Assembly: GCA_965221775.1 (NCBI GenBank)
Contig: CBDCSU010000006.1
Span: 1,088,001 to 1,152,000 of the forward strand
Direction of reading: 5' to 3'
Length of the DNA stretch: 64,000 nucleotides
Origin: Candidatus Latescibacterota bacterium
GTDB taxonomy: Bacteria; Latescibacterota; UBA2968; UBA8231
Shown here: in pieces, positions 26,735 to 36,302 of the stretch
Layout of the letters: each line of letters starts with the position of its first letter
Numbering within the stretch: the first letter of the stretch is position 1
Translations under genes and position numbers: made by a program
Notes under the pieces: generated by a model
What the model was told of the DNA's origin: nothing
Seen by the model: the letters and a program-made list of their open reading frames with translations, nothing else
Database searches by the model: none

Positions 26735-29161
26735 CTACTTCATCAGCATCATCTTGCGCATCGCCGCGTGGCCGGGCTGCACCAGGCGATACAGGTAGAC
26801 GCCCGTTCCCACGGCGCGGCCGTCGTCGTCGGTGCCGTCCCAGGAGTATACGTGGTCCCCGGGGACGAGGCCTTCCCACGCCTCGACGAGCACCCGCCGC
26901 CCGGTCAGGTCGTAGATCTCCAGGCGCACCGGCTGCGGGCCGAATCCGCCGGCGACGGTGATGCGGATGGTGGTCTCCGCGTTGAAGGGGTTCGGCGTGT
27001 TCTGGTGCAGCACCGCGGTCTCCGGCAGGGCCGGCCCCCGCAGCCGCCAGGCCTGTCCCTCGGCGACGACGATCATCTCCTTCTGGAGGGAGGCGAAGCT
27101 CTCGAGCTCAGCCGGCGCGGCCAGCGCGGTGGCGTGCTCCATCACCGGATCGCCGGGGGTGTACTCGGAGTCGATCCACACGCCATCGCTCAGGTGGAAG
27201 TCTCTGTCGAACCAGGAGGCGGTGGCAAGCACCTCCTCGATCCCGGTGGTGGCATAGCCACCGCCGCCGCCCACCGCCTCGTCGGAGACCCCCTGGGGCA
27301 GGGGCACGGGCTGCCCCACGCTGACCACCTCGGTGCCGTCGTTGCGCACCACCCGGTCGACGGCGACGAAGGAGGTGTAGGCGGTGAGCAGGTTGTAGGT
27401 CAGGCCCAACTCCAGGATGTGGCTCTTCACCCTGTCCTCCAACCCCAATCCCGCGTAGTCGCCCAGGGTGGCGATGAGCCGGCGCGCCCAGAGATAGCGC
27501 AGGGCCGAGTTGGACTCCTCGGGCGTCACCTCGGAGACGTCGATGTCGATGCCGTACTCGCCCTGTCCCGTATGCCCTCGCAGCGACACCGTGCCCTGGC
27601 GATCGCCCCGCCACTTCCCGTAGACCAGGACCGGGCGCTCCGCCAGCAGGTCCGGGATGGAGACCGGCTCCACCTCGTAGATATCGAAGCCCTCGGCGGA
27701 GAAGGTCGTCCCCGAGAGGACCGGCGTGCGGATGTACTCCCGGAACCGGTTCGCGGTCTCCTGCGCCTCGGACTCCTCGGTGACGACGAAGGGCTCGCCC
27801 GAACCCATGCGGGCCATGCCCTCGATGAGGAAGCGGTTGACGCCGGAGCCGATGCCGAAGGCGAAGACGTTGGCATCGCCGAGGTTTTCCCGGATCAGGT
27901 CGAAGACCCGCGCCTCCACCGTGATGTACCCGTCGGTGGCGATCACGATGGAACGGGATGTCGTCTCGCCTGGCCGGGGCAGATCGATGGCCCGACGGAG
28001 GGCCTGCGAGAGCCGGGTCCCGCCCCCGCCTTGCTGGCCATCGATGACTTCGAGAGCCCGCTCCACGTTCTCGCTCGACGCGGGGAGGGACTCCGGGGAG
28101 AGCACGCTGGAACCGTAGGCGAAGAGCAGCACGTTGAAGTGATCGGTGGGGCGGAGCGGCTCGATCAGGTCTCTCAGCAGCGCCTTCGACACGTCCAGTG
28201 GATAGCCGTGCATCGAGCCGGAGACGTCGACGACGAAGATGTACTCCCTCGGGGGGATCTCGTCCTCGAGGACGCGCTCGGGCGGCTGACCCATGAAGAG
28301 GAAGAAGCTCTCCTCCTCGCCCTCCCCCTCGTAGAGCAGCAGGCCCGACTTGATCTGGTCGCCCGCCAGCCGGTAGCGCAGGATGTAGTCCCGGTTGCCC
28401 CCGGTCCCGCCCGGATCGGACAGCTCGACCACGGCCCGGTTGGGCTCGGGATAGGTGACCTCGATGTCGTGGGAGATCGAAGAGAGGGACTGGATCGGCA
28501 CCCCCGTCCTCAGCTCCACGTCGATGTCGAAACCGTAGATCGCCGGCTCCCCCTCGCGGGTGTACGGCGACGCCACGAACAGGTCCCTGTGGTCGACCTC
28601 GGCCAAGGGGATCTCGGAGTACCGCGGCCCGACGACGGTGGGATAGACGAACTCGTACTCGCCCTTCGTGGGCACCAGGGTCTCGGTGTATCTCAACTCG
28701 ACGAGGATCCGGTCCCCCGGCAGGATGTTACCCAACGTCATCTGGAAGACGTTGGGCCTCTGCTGCTCCAGGAGCGAGGCCGTGTAGCCCTCTTCGATCG
28801 CCTCCTCGTACTCCTGCCGCGCCTCCTCCCGTTCCCGGATCTCGGCGGTGACGACCCGCTCGCCGATGGTCATCTCCATCCCGTACACGGCCGCCTGCGT
28901 GGAGGCGGGGAAGACGTAGGTCGCCTCCAGGGGCTTGCCGCCTTCGTTGGCGTACTCCTGGCGGATCACCACGTCGGCGATGACCCCGGCGATCCGGACG
29001 CTGGCCGAGATCGACTTCATCGGCAGCTGATCCAGCTCCGGATCGTCGGTCTCGACGAAGAAGAAGGGGGAGAGGGTTTGCTCCGGCTCCGGGAACTCGT
29101 CCCCCGAGCTGTGGGAGATGAACAACGCGGGCAATAGCAGGCAGAGAATGCGGATCAGCAT
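26735..29161 (-). CDS. Secreted VIT + vWA domain protein with FlgD-Ig/T9SS-like C-terminal sorting domain
   Basis: Signal peptide; LEATYVFP (VIT); VVDVSGSM, GGT, ATDG (MIDAS); QNTPNPFN...WDGTD...GVYLYRL. Confidence 0.9.
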   Translation of the reverse strand: MLIRILCLLLPALFISHSSGDEFPEPEQTLSPFFFVETDDPELDQLPMKSISASVRIAGVIADVVIRQEYANEGGKPLEATYVFPASTQAAVYGMEMTIGERVVTAEIREREEARQEYEEAIEEGYTASLLEQQRPNVFQMTLGNILPGDRILVELRYTETLVPTKGEYEFVYPTVVGPRYSEIPLAEVDHRDLFVASPYTREGEPAIYGFDIDVELRTGVPIQSLSSISHDIEVTYPEPNRAVVELSDPGGTGGNRDYILRYRLAGDQIKSGLLLYEGEGEEESFFLFMGQPPERVLEDEIPPREYIFVVDVSGSMHGYPLDVSKALLRDLIEPLRPTDHFNVLLFAYGSSVLSPESLPASSENVERALEVIDGQQGGGGTRLSQALRRAIDLPRPGETTSRSIVIATDGYITVEARVFDLIRENLGDANVFAFGIGSGVNRFLIEGMARMGSGEPFVVTEESEAQETANRFREYIRTPVLSGTTFSAEGFDIYEVEPVSIPDLLAERPVLVYGKWRGDRQGTVSLRGHTGQGEYGIDIDVSEVTPEESNSALRYLWARRLIATLGDYAGLGLEDRVKSHILELGLTYNLLTAYTSFVAVDRVVRNDGTEVVSVGQPVPLPQGVSDEAVGGGGGYATTGIEEVLATASWFDRDFHLSDGVWIDSEYTPGDPVMEHATALAAPAELESFASLQKEMIVVAEGQAWRLRGPALPETAVLHQNTPNPFNAETTIRITVAGGFGPQPVRLEIYDLTGRRVLVEAWEGLVPGDHVYSWDGTDDDGRAVGTGVYLYRLVQPGHAAMRKMMLMK

Positions 29162-29413
29162 GGTGTGCCTCCCAGGCAGTCGCGGAGACGGCTGTGACCG
29201 TGCCGCATGTGGCGGGCTGGCATAGCCCCGATACCTGCCTGGGAAGGGAACGCAAGAAGCGTGCCCTCAGGTTCTCACCGCGTCATCTCTCGACTGGCCC
29301 TTCCAGTTTCCTGGACAACCAGTCCCTTACAGGCCGGACTCGTCCGGTTTCCCGGACAGGTACGGCGCGAGCGCGCACGAACCGGAGGCCCGAGGCGCCC
29401 GAAGACTGGTGAT

Positions 29414-29797
29414 CTACTCCTGGGACGCGGCACCAGGGTCCCTCTGGAACATGCCCATCACGTTGCCCTCCGTGTCCCGGAAGTCGGCGAACCAGCCCAC
29501 CCCGGGGATGGCGGTGCGGGGGGTGACGATCTCACAGCCGGCCGCGGTGACCTTGGCCAGGTAGGCGTCGAGGTCGTCCACGCCGATGACGACGTGGGTG
29601 CCGCCCCCGGTGGCCATTCTCTCCCTGGGCGCCAGGGCCCCGCCGATGCCGGGCTCCTCCTGCGGTCCGGTCTCCTGCAGGTAGTACTCGTGCGGGCCCT
29701 CCCACTTGTGGGACTCCCAGCCGAAGACCTCGGCGTAGAACCGGTTGGCGCGGTCGGCGTCGTCGAAGGGCAATTCGAAGTGCACGATCTTGGGCAT
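29414..29797 (-). CDS. VOC/glyoxalase family protein
   Basis: MPKIVHFEL...FYAEVFGW...IPGVGWFADFRDTEGN; AGGAGG RBS. Confidence 0.9.
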   Translation of the reverse strand: MPKIVHFELPFDDADRANRFYAEVFGWESHKWEGPHEYYLQETGPQEEPGIGGALAPRERMATGGGTHVVIGVDDLDAYLAKVTAAGCEIVTPRTAIPGVGWFADFRDTEGNVMGMFQRDPGAASQE

Positions 29798-29805
29798 GGT
29801 TCCTC

Positions 29806-30435
29806 CTAGAAGTAGACGATGGCGGTCACCTTGGACGCGAAGGCCCTGAGGTGCAGGTCCCGATCGTAGGACGGGTGCGCTGTCGACACACCGCTGCCGC
29901 TTGTGACCCATCTTCTGGAGTCACCGAAGCTGTAGCTCAGGGAAAGCCCGGTCCTGCCGCCGACGCTGATGCGCTTCAATGGAAACCAGTCGACGCCCAG
30001 TCCCAGCCCGACCCCCAGATCGATCATGGATGTGGAGGACTCCCTGTGATCTGCCCTGGAGCCCGAGAAGCCGCCGAGGCCCTGGCCGTAGACATAGGCA
30101 GCGATCCCGTCGCGCAGAGGCCGATAGCGCTTCAAGGTGGGACGAAACTCCAGACTCAGGCGTTGGTAGCGCAGGTCGCTCCGGCCCGGACTCTCGTAAT
30201 CGCTCTCGAGCCGGCTCCAGTAGAGGCTCGCCTCCAGGCCCAGGGCGGTGTAAGGGGAGTGCACCTTCCACACGCTGAAGCTGCCGCCTTCGCCGTTGTG
30301 CAGGTCAAAGCCCAGGGCCCGGGTCCCCCGCTCGGCCAGGGGACCCTGGGGAGAGGGGTGGGCCGCAACGCCGGTGGCGCCGGCCAGCAGGGCGATGGCG
30401 CCGAGGCGGAAATGGCGGCAGGTCAGCAGTCTCAT
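29806..30435 (-). CDS. Outer-membrane beta-barrel protein
   Basis: Signal peptide, alternating beta strands, C-terminal YF. Confidence 0.65.
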   Translation of the reverse strand: MRLLTCRHFRLGAIALLAGATGVAAHPSPQGPLAERGTRALGFDLHNGEGGSFSVWKVHSPYTALGLEASLYWSRLESDYESPGRSDLRYQRLSLEFRPTLKRYRPLRDGIAAYVYGQGLGGFSGSRADHRESSTSMIDLGVGLGLGVDWFPLKRISVGGRTGLSLSYSFGDSRRWVTSGSGVSTAHPSYDRDLHLRAFASKVTAIVYF

Positions 30436-30594
30436 GATGGGCTCCGTCGAGGTTGGCCGGCGCGCCCTCCCCGGAGGAGGCGAAGCGGCCCCCTGCAGCT
30501 TCAGGGAATGAAGCCTCTCCCTCCCTGTCGGTAGAGGCAGAGTGGGAATATACTCGTCGAGGCCCGAAGGCGTTTCCGCCACCCGGACAGGCAG

Positions 30595-31272
30595 ATGAGC
30601 CACTCCGTACGGCGCCACCTGCGCGTCGAGATCGAAGCCTACGACCGCACCATCCGCGCCTTCATCCCCGCGTACGAGGAGATGCTGGAGAGGGCTGCCG
30701 GCGCCGTTGCGGAATCGCGCCCGGCAAGGGTGATCGACCTCGGCGCCGGCACCGGCGCCCTGGCGCAGGCCGTCCTGCAGCGGTGCGAGGAAGCCTCCGT
30801 CGAGCTCATCGACGCCGACGCCGAGATGCTCGACCAGGCCCGCGAGAGGCTCGCGCCCTTCGCATCGCGGGTCAGCTATTCGGTCCGCCCCTTCCAGGGG
30901 CCGCTGCCGGCGTGCGACGCGGTGGTCGCCTCCCTGGCCCTGCACCACGTGCCCACCCTGGCCGGGAAACGGGAGATCTTCGCCGCCATCCACGCCGCCC
31001 TGCCCACCGGCGGGGTGTTCGTCAACGCCGACGCCACCATGCCCGCCGACCCCGCCGCCCGGCAGGCCGACTACGAGACCTGGGCCGCCCACCTCGTCTC
31101 CTGCGGCATCGAGGAGGAGCAGGCGTGGCGCCACTTCCAGGAGTGGTCGGGCGAGGACACCTACTTCCCGCTGGAGGAGGAGCTGGCCGCCCTCGAGGAG
31201 GCCGGCTTCGACGCGGACTGCCTGTGGCGGGCGGTGCCGCAGGCGGTGGTGAGGGCCGTCAAGCGGCTGTAA
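30595..31272 (+). CDS. Class I SAM-dependent methyltransferase
   Basis: VIDLGAGTG, ASLALHH, GGVFVNAD. Confidence 0.9.
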   Translation: MSHSVRRHLRVEIEAYDRTIRAFIPAYEEMLERAAGAVAESRPARVIDLGAGTGALAQAVLQRCEEASVELIDADAEMLDQARERLAPFASRVSYSVRPFQGPLPACDAVVASLALHHVPTLAGKREIFAAIHAALPTGGVFVNADATMPADPAARQADYETWAAHLVSCGIEEEQAWRHFQEWSGEDTYFPLEEELAALEEAGFDADCLWRAVPQAVVRAVKRL

Positions 31273-31362
31273 GGTCCGGCAGGACCACCACCTTGACCCT
31301 GGCGCCGGCGAGGCGCTTCTATCTCCCGCCGCATCTCCCCCAACCCAGGAGGATCGATCATC

Positions 31363-31728
31363 ATGGCCATGTCCCTTCACAAGTCGGCGGAGTGGAAGAC
31401 CGGCCTGCGCACCTACTTCGAGTACCGCGACCTCGGCGCCGTCGAGGCGACCAAGGGCCAACTGCTCGTCCACGTCATCCGCGCCACCGAACCTTGCAGC
31501 GGTCCGGGCGGCTATCACTCCCACGATCTCGAGTTCCAGATGAACTACGTGCTGCGCGGCTGGACCCGGGTCGAGTTCCAGGACATCGGCGAGGTGCGCT
31601 TCGAGGCCGGCGACAGCTGGCACCAGGACCCCGGGGTCCCGCACGAGGTGCTGGAGTTCTCCGAAGACTTCGAGGTCATCGAGATCTGCATGCCGGCGGA
31701 ATTCCCCACCAAGGACGAGCAACGCTGA
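31363..31728 (+). CDS. Cupin domain protein
   Basis: HSHDLEFQMNYVLRG...GDSWHQDPGVPHE. Confidence 0.85.
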   Translation: MAMSLHKSAEWKTGLRTYFEYRDLGAVEATKGQLLVHVIRATEPCSGPGGYHSHDLEFQMNYVLRGWTRVEFQDIGEVRFEAGDSWHQDPGVPHEVLEFSEDFEVIEICMPAEFPTKDEQR

Positions 31729-32552
31729 CCCCGGGAAGAAGACTGGACGGCCAGGTCGCGGCCGTCACCGGCGGTGCGTCCGGCATCGGCGAAGCCGCGG
31801 TGCGGCGCTTCGTGGAGGAGGGCGCGCGGGTGGCCTTTGCCGACCGGGACGGCCCCCGCGGCGCGTGCGTCGCCGGAGAGATCGAGGCCGGCGGCGGGGA
31901 GGCGCTGTTCGTGGAGGCCCGCATGGACCGCGAAGCCGAGGCCGCCGCCTTCATCCGGCGAGCGGCGGATCACTTCGGTCGGCTCGACATCCTCGTGAAC
32001 AACGCCGCCATCCGTTCCTACAACACCGTGGCCGAAGCCAGCGAGGAGAGCTGGGACACCATCTGGGCGGTGAACGTCAAGGGCTACGCCTTCTGCGCCA
32101 GGGCCGCGATCCCCTTCCTGCGCCGGAGCGGCAAGGGCAGCATCGTCAACATCGCCTCCAACAGCGCCGTGATCGCGAGCCGCAACGCGGTGCAGTACGA
32201 CACCACCAAGGCGGCGGTCACGGGCCTGACCCGCGCCATGGCCCTGGACCATGCCGAAGATGGGATCCGGGTCAACGCCCTCTGCCCGGGACCGACCTTC
32301 ACCCCCTTCCATGAGCGGCGAGCCGCCGCGGCCGGGATGACCCCCGGCTCGTTCAAGGAAGAGGTCGGACGCGCCACCATGCTCGGCCGGCCGGCCCGGC
32401 CCGAGGAGATCGCCGCCTGCGTCCTGTTCCTCGCTTCCGACGACGCCTCCTTCGTCACCGGCACCTGCCTCTTCGCCGACGGCGGCGAGACCTCCATGGG
32501 CAGCAACCGAGCACTGGGTTCCCCGGAGCGGGACCGCCGGGACGACGGCTGA
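31725..32552 (+). CDS. SDR family oxidoreductase
   Basis: TGGASGIG, VNNAA, YDTTK, IRVNALCPG; start (CTG overlapping cupin stop) uncertain. Confidence 0.9.
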   Translation: MTPGRRLDGQVAAVTGGASGIGEAAVRRFVEEGARVAFADRDGPRGACVAGEIEAGGGEALFVEARMDREAEAAAFIRRAADHFGRLDILVNNAAIRSYNTVAEASEESWDTIWAVNVKGYAFCARAAIPFLRRSGKGSIVNIASNSAVIASRNAVQYDTTKAAVTGLTRAMALDHAEDGIRVNALCPGPTFTPFHERRAAAAGMTPGSFKEEVGRATMLGRPARPEEIAACVLFLASDDASFVTGTCLFADGGETSMGSNRALGSPERDRRDDG

Positions 32553-32648
32553 TCCGGCCCAGAAACAGTGGCCGCCCAGGAGGAGGCTGGCGTCGAGGTC
32601 GCCTACTCTGGAGAGGACGGTGCCGCAGGCGATGGTGGGCCCTCAGGT

Positions 32649-32686
32649 GTTGACAGGGTTGTCAACGCTCGCTATCTCTGCTGACT
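32649..32686 (+). promoter_or_regulatory. Promoter with operator-like inverted repeat upstream of HTH-methyltransferase
   Basis: GTTGACA-gggt-TGTCAAC dyad (32649-32666) containing TTGACA; TATCTC 17 nt later; no RBS before GTG. Confidence 0.6.
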
Positions 32687-35164
32687 GTGACTCTGGGCCC
32701 TTACATACGAGAGCTTCGCCAGCGCAGCCGATTGAGCCTGCGACAGTTGGCGCGCCGGTCCGGTGTAGATGTTGCTCACCTGTCCAGAGTGGAGGCAGGA
32801 GTCTCCCCGGCATCCGATCAACTCTTGAGGTCCCTCGAGAGGATTCTCTCCACGCCGGAGGGGGAACTGACACTTCTGGCGGGAAAGGCTCCTTCTGCCT
32901 TGAGACGTCTGGCAGAACGAGATCCGCGCAAGGCGAGTCTGGCGGTCGCAGAAACGATTGGGGCTCTCGTCAGCGAACAGTCCGTGGAATACACCCCCGG
33001 CGCTCCGCCCTCCCGAAGGCTGATCGAGGACGGTTTCCCCTTCGATGCGGTGAGCGAAGTCGCCGAAATGGAGAGTTGGCGCAAAGAGATCAACCGGCCG
33101 ATATACCACATGCACAAGTGGTGGGCCCAACGTCTCGGGTCCGTTTTCCGCGCAGCCGTGATAGGCGGAGTGCTGCCCGCTGGAGCTGGCAGTGTCGATC
33201 TCCTGTACGCCCCGTTCAGGTTTCCCGGGATAACTGTGTACGACCCCTTCATGGGCAGCGGCACAACCATCGGCGAAGCACACAAGCTCGGATGCAAAGT
33301 CATCGGGCGCGACATCAATCCGGTCGCCGTGCGCACCGTCGGGGCAGCACTTGGGAAGGCCTCCAGGAACGGTGTCCTTGACTTGTACAATCAACTGGAG
33401 AGCATTGTCGGGCAGCGTATCCGCAATCTCTACAGGAGACCTGAACCCAGAGGGAGTTCCCACGAGGTTCTGTATTTCTTCTGGGTAAAGTACCTGGCGT
33501 GCCCAGGATGCGGCCACGACGTCGATCTCTTCTCGACCTACACCTTTGCAGGTCATGCATATCCGAAGAGGAACCCGAGGACCCATTCTCTCTGCCCGTA
33601 CTGCGGAGAAGTGAATGAGGGCAGTTACGACTCCAAATCGGTCTTGTGCCGCGCCTGTGGAAGAGGCATGGATCCAAGTCAGGGTCCGGTACACAGAGAC
33701 AAGGCAACCTGCCCGGCCTGCCATACCTCTTTCCGGATCGCCCCCACCGCGCGTCAGCAGGGTCACCCGCCCAAGCATCGTCTGTACGCGAAGCTCGTTC
33801 TCTCCGAAGATGGAGAAAAGCGCTATCTGCGAGCGGACGAGGCAGAAACGGATCACTACCGGGCGGCCCAAGGCGAGCTTGCCGACAGCGGGGAGGTCCC
33901 ATCGTTCGGCGAGATAGAGGCCGGATACAACACCAACCAAGTCCTCAACTACGGCTATTGCGAGTGGTCGCAGTTCTTCAATGACAGGCAGTTGCTGGCC
34001 CTGTGCACGCTGGCCCGGGGGATCATGTCACTGCCACAAGGCCCCGAGCGCGAAGTACTGGAGATCCTGTTCTCGGGGACATTGGAGTTCAACAACATGT
34101 TCGCGTCCTACAAGGGTGAGGGCACAGGCGCGGTCCGGCACATGTTCGCCCACCACGTCCTCAAACCAGAGCGCACGCCATTGGAAGCGAATGTATGGGG
34201 GACCTCCAGGAGTTCGGGCTCATTCTCGACCCTGTTCAAGTCCAGGGTATTGCGGGCTTTCGAGTACAAGGAGAATCCCTTCGAGGTCGCCGTAGAGGCT
34301 GGAGAGCCCCGCAGAAGGGGCCGCAAGGTCTTTGGAATCAGCCCTCCCATGGGCGGCAGGGTTCACAAGCGCTATCCGAGGAAGGGACTCCCGGACGGCG
34401 GCATCTACATCTCCTGTGGGGACTCCGCAAGGACCGACCTGCCCGATGGCAGCGTTGATCTGGTGGTCACGGATCCGCCCTTCTTCGACAATGTCCACTA
34501 CTCCGAACTCGCGGATTTCTTCCATGTGTGGCAACAAGCATACTTTCCCGGAAGCGGTCGAAGCAGGCAATTGACCACGCGCAGTGTCAAGGAAGTTCAG
34601 GACACTGACGCCGTAGAGTTTTGCACGAAACTTGCCGGGGTATTTTCGGAGTGCAACAGAGTTCTCAAGGACACCGGCCTCTTGATCTTCAGCTATCACC
34701 ATTCGCGGAATGACGGTTGGATGGCGGTCGCCGAGGCGGTAAAACGGGGTGGTTTCTCGATCGTCAGCGCACAGCCCGTGAAGGCCGAGATGGCTGTGGC
34801 GATGCCCAAGAATCAGGCCAGGAGTCCCATCAACATCGACGTCCTGCTGACGTGCAAGAAAGAGGCCTTCGACAACCGCAGCATCGTGGATGACCGGAGG
34901 GCCTTCAGACAGGCTATCGAGAGTTGCGAACTGAAAGTGAATCGATTCAATGCTTCCGGCAGGCTTCTGTCGTACAACGACATACGGGTCGTGCTCTTCA
35001 GTGAACTCATGGTTGCCCTGTCGTGCGGCCGTGGTCCGTCGGAACTCGCCACACGCCTCTCCGATCTACCAAGTCCGGACTCGGTCATCGAACGGATCTG
35101 GACCCGTCAAACGCAGGTGGAGAGCTCCACCGAAGAAGAAACCACACAGCTTGAGCTACTTTGA
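32687..35164 (+). CDS. XRE-HTH fused amino-DNA methyltransferase with Zn ribbons (DUF1156/COG1743-like)
   Basis: LSLRQLARRSGVDVAHLSRVE HTH; HKWWAQR; YDPFMGSGTT; four CxxC; VTDPPF. Confidence 0.9.
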   Translation: MTLGPYIRELRQRSRLSLRQLARRSGVDVAHLSRVEAGVSPASDQLLRSLERILSTPEGELTLLAGKAPSALRRLAERDPRKASLAVAETIGALVSEQSVEYTPGAPPSRRLIEDGFPFDAVSEVAEMESWRKEINRPIYHMHKWWAQRLGSVFRAAVIGGVLPAGAGSVDLLYAPFRFPGITVYDPFMGSGTTIGEAHKLGCKVIGRDINPVAVRTVGAALGKASRNGVLDLYNQLESIVGQRIRNLYRRPEPRGSSHEVLYFFWVKYLACPGCGHDVDLFSTYTFAGHAYPKRNPRTHSLCPYCGEVNEGSYDSKSVLCRACGRGMDPSQGPVHRDKATCPACHTSFRIAPTARQQGHPPKHRLYAKLVLSEDGEKRYLRADEAETDHYRAAQGELADSGEVPSFGEIEAGYNTNQVLNYGYCEWSQFFNDRQLLALCTLARGIMSLPQGPEREVLEILFSGTLEFNNMFASYKGEGTGAVRHMFAHHVLKPERTPLEANVWGTSRSSGSFSTLFKSRVLRAFEYKENPFEVAVEAGEPRRRGRKVFGISPPMGGRVHKRYPRKGLPDGGIYISCGDSARTDLPDGSVDLVVTDPPFFDNVHYSELADFFHVWQQAYFPGSGRSRQLTTRSVKEVQDTDAVEFCTKLAGVFSECNRVLKDTGLLIFSYHHSRNDGWMAVAEAVKRGGFSIVSAQPVKAEMAVAMPKNQARSPINIDVLLTCKKEAFDNRSIVDDRRAFRQAIESCELKVNRFNASGRLLSYNDIRVVLFSELMVALSCGRGPSELATRLSDLPSPDSVIERIWTRQTQVESSTEEETTQLELL

Positions 35165-36046
35165 TGCTACCTGAAAGGGCAACACAAACCGACCCCGAGG
35201 CCGCGTCCTCTCGTCCCGTTCGGGAGTCGGGAAGGGATCGACCAGTAGTTCGCATTCCGGATCACCCGGAGTGTCTTGAGGGAATCGGTAGCAACTGAAG
35301 GCTTCTGCAAGGCCGGCCTTCGCCGTGCGCCTGATTTCGTACACCTTCCGGAGATCCTCGGTCTCGTATTCAAGCAAGGGGGATCGATGGATGAGGCTGA
35401 CGCAGCGATCCAGCTCGGGCGCCCCCAATGGGTTGGCGAAGATGAGCATCGGGCGTTGCCTGTCAGCTCCGTCACCATAGGTTCCCAACCCAATGGCCTT
35501 CTGTCGTTCCCCTACGATCCGCAGATAGAGTTCGAAGTCAGCGTTGAGCAGATCGCCGTCAGCCAAGGCCAGGGAAGTCAGCTTGGACGTGCCTTCACCG
35601 TCCCCATCCTCCAGACAGACAAACAGGTAGAAGCCCCGAATATCTACCGGCTGGTGGGCCGCGTCGTAGACCCTGACTTTCCCACACGGCGGAGTTGTGT
35701 TGTAATCGAGGCCCGACGGCCGGGCGACGGACCCTCCGCGTGTGCGCTCAAGCTTCTTTACCTCGATACCTACTATCGTGGATGAGTCGAGGATTTCCGC
35801 TTCGCCCGGCTTGCCCTTGAGGCGGCTCGGGCGATAGGCGACCATGTCGGGCGTTGTAAGCGGGCCGGGTGCTTCCACCACGGTCAACCCCGGTATGAGG
35901 GTTAGTACATCGCGGGCGATGAATCGATCCAGCGGATCATCCTGGCTATTGCCCTTGGGCGGCAACTCGAAGGATAGGGGGCTGCCATCGTGGCCAAAGA
36001 AGGCGCGACGGAGTGATCGAAATGCCTCAACGGCAATACAAGACAT
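35156..36046 (-). CDS. Putative PD-(D/E)XK restriction endonuclease
   Basis: TPDMV...GIEVKK motif; convergent with and overlapping the MTase 3' end. Confidence 0.65.
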   Translation of the reverse strand: MSCIAVEAFRSLRRAFFGHDGSPLSFELPPKGNSQDDPLDRFIARDVLTLIPGLTVVEAPGPLTTPDMVAYRPSRLKGKPGEAEILDSSTIVGIEVKKLERTRGGSVARPSGLDYNTTPPCGKVRVYDAAHQPVDIRGFYLFVCLEDGDGEGTSKLTSLALADGDLLNADFELYLRIVGERQKAIGLGTYGDGADRQRPMLIFANPLGAPELDRCVSLIHRSPLLEYETEDLRKVYEIRRTAKAGLAEAFSCYRFPQDTPGDPECELLVDPFPTPERDERTRPRGRFVLPFQVASK

Positions 36047-36243
36047 CAGTTGGCTTCCTGCCTCTTCCCGGGAGACACCGGATTGTGCTTCGGTCTCCGA
36101 GGCGGAAAGCTCACCAGCCTCTTCCCTTTCATGCTCTGGCGCCTCTGGACATCGTCGAATATGGCATCCCGATCGTGACCGAACTTCGCCGCGTACTCCT
36201 CCCGCAGCTTCCTCGTCTCCTCGACGATTGGATCTCGCTTCAC
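36046..36243 (-). CDS. Small hypothetical protein of a type often adjacent to PIN toxins
   Basis: GTG start with GGGAGGAG RBS; DPIVEETRKLREEYAAKFGHDRDAIFDD. Confidence 0.6.
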   Translation of the reverse strand: MKRDPIVEETRKLREEYAAKFGHDRDAIFDDVQRRQSMKGKRLVSFPPRRPKHNPVSPGKRQEAN

Positions 36244-36302
36244 CTCGCTCCTCCCTTGTCTTGAGTTTTTCGTTGATTTTCCGCTCAAGCAATCCTCCGC
36301 CG

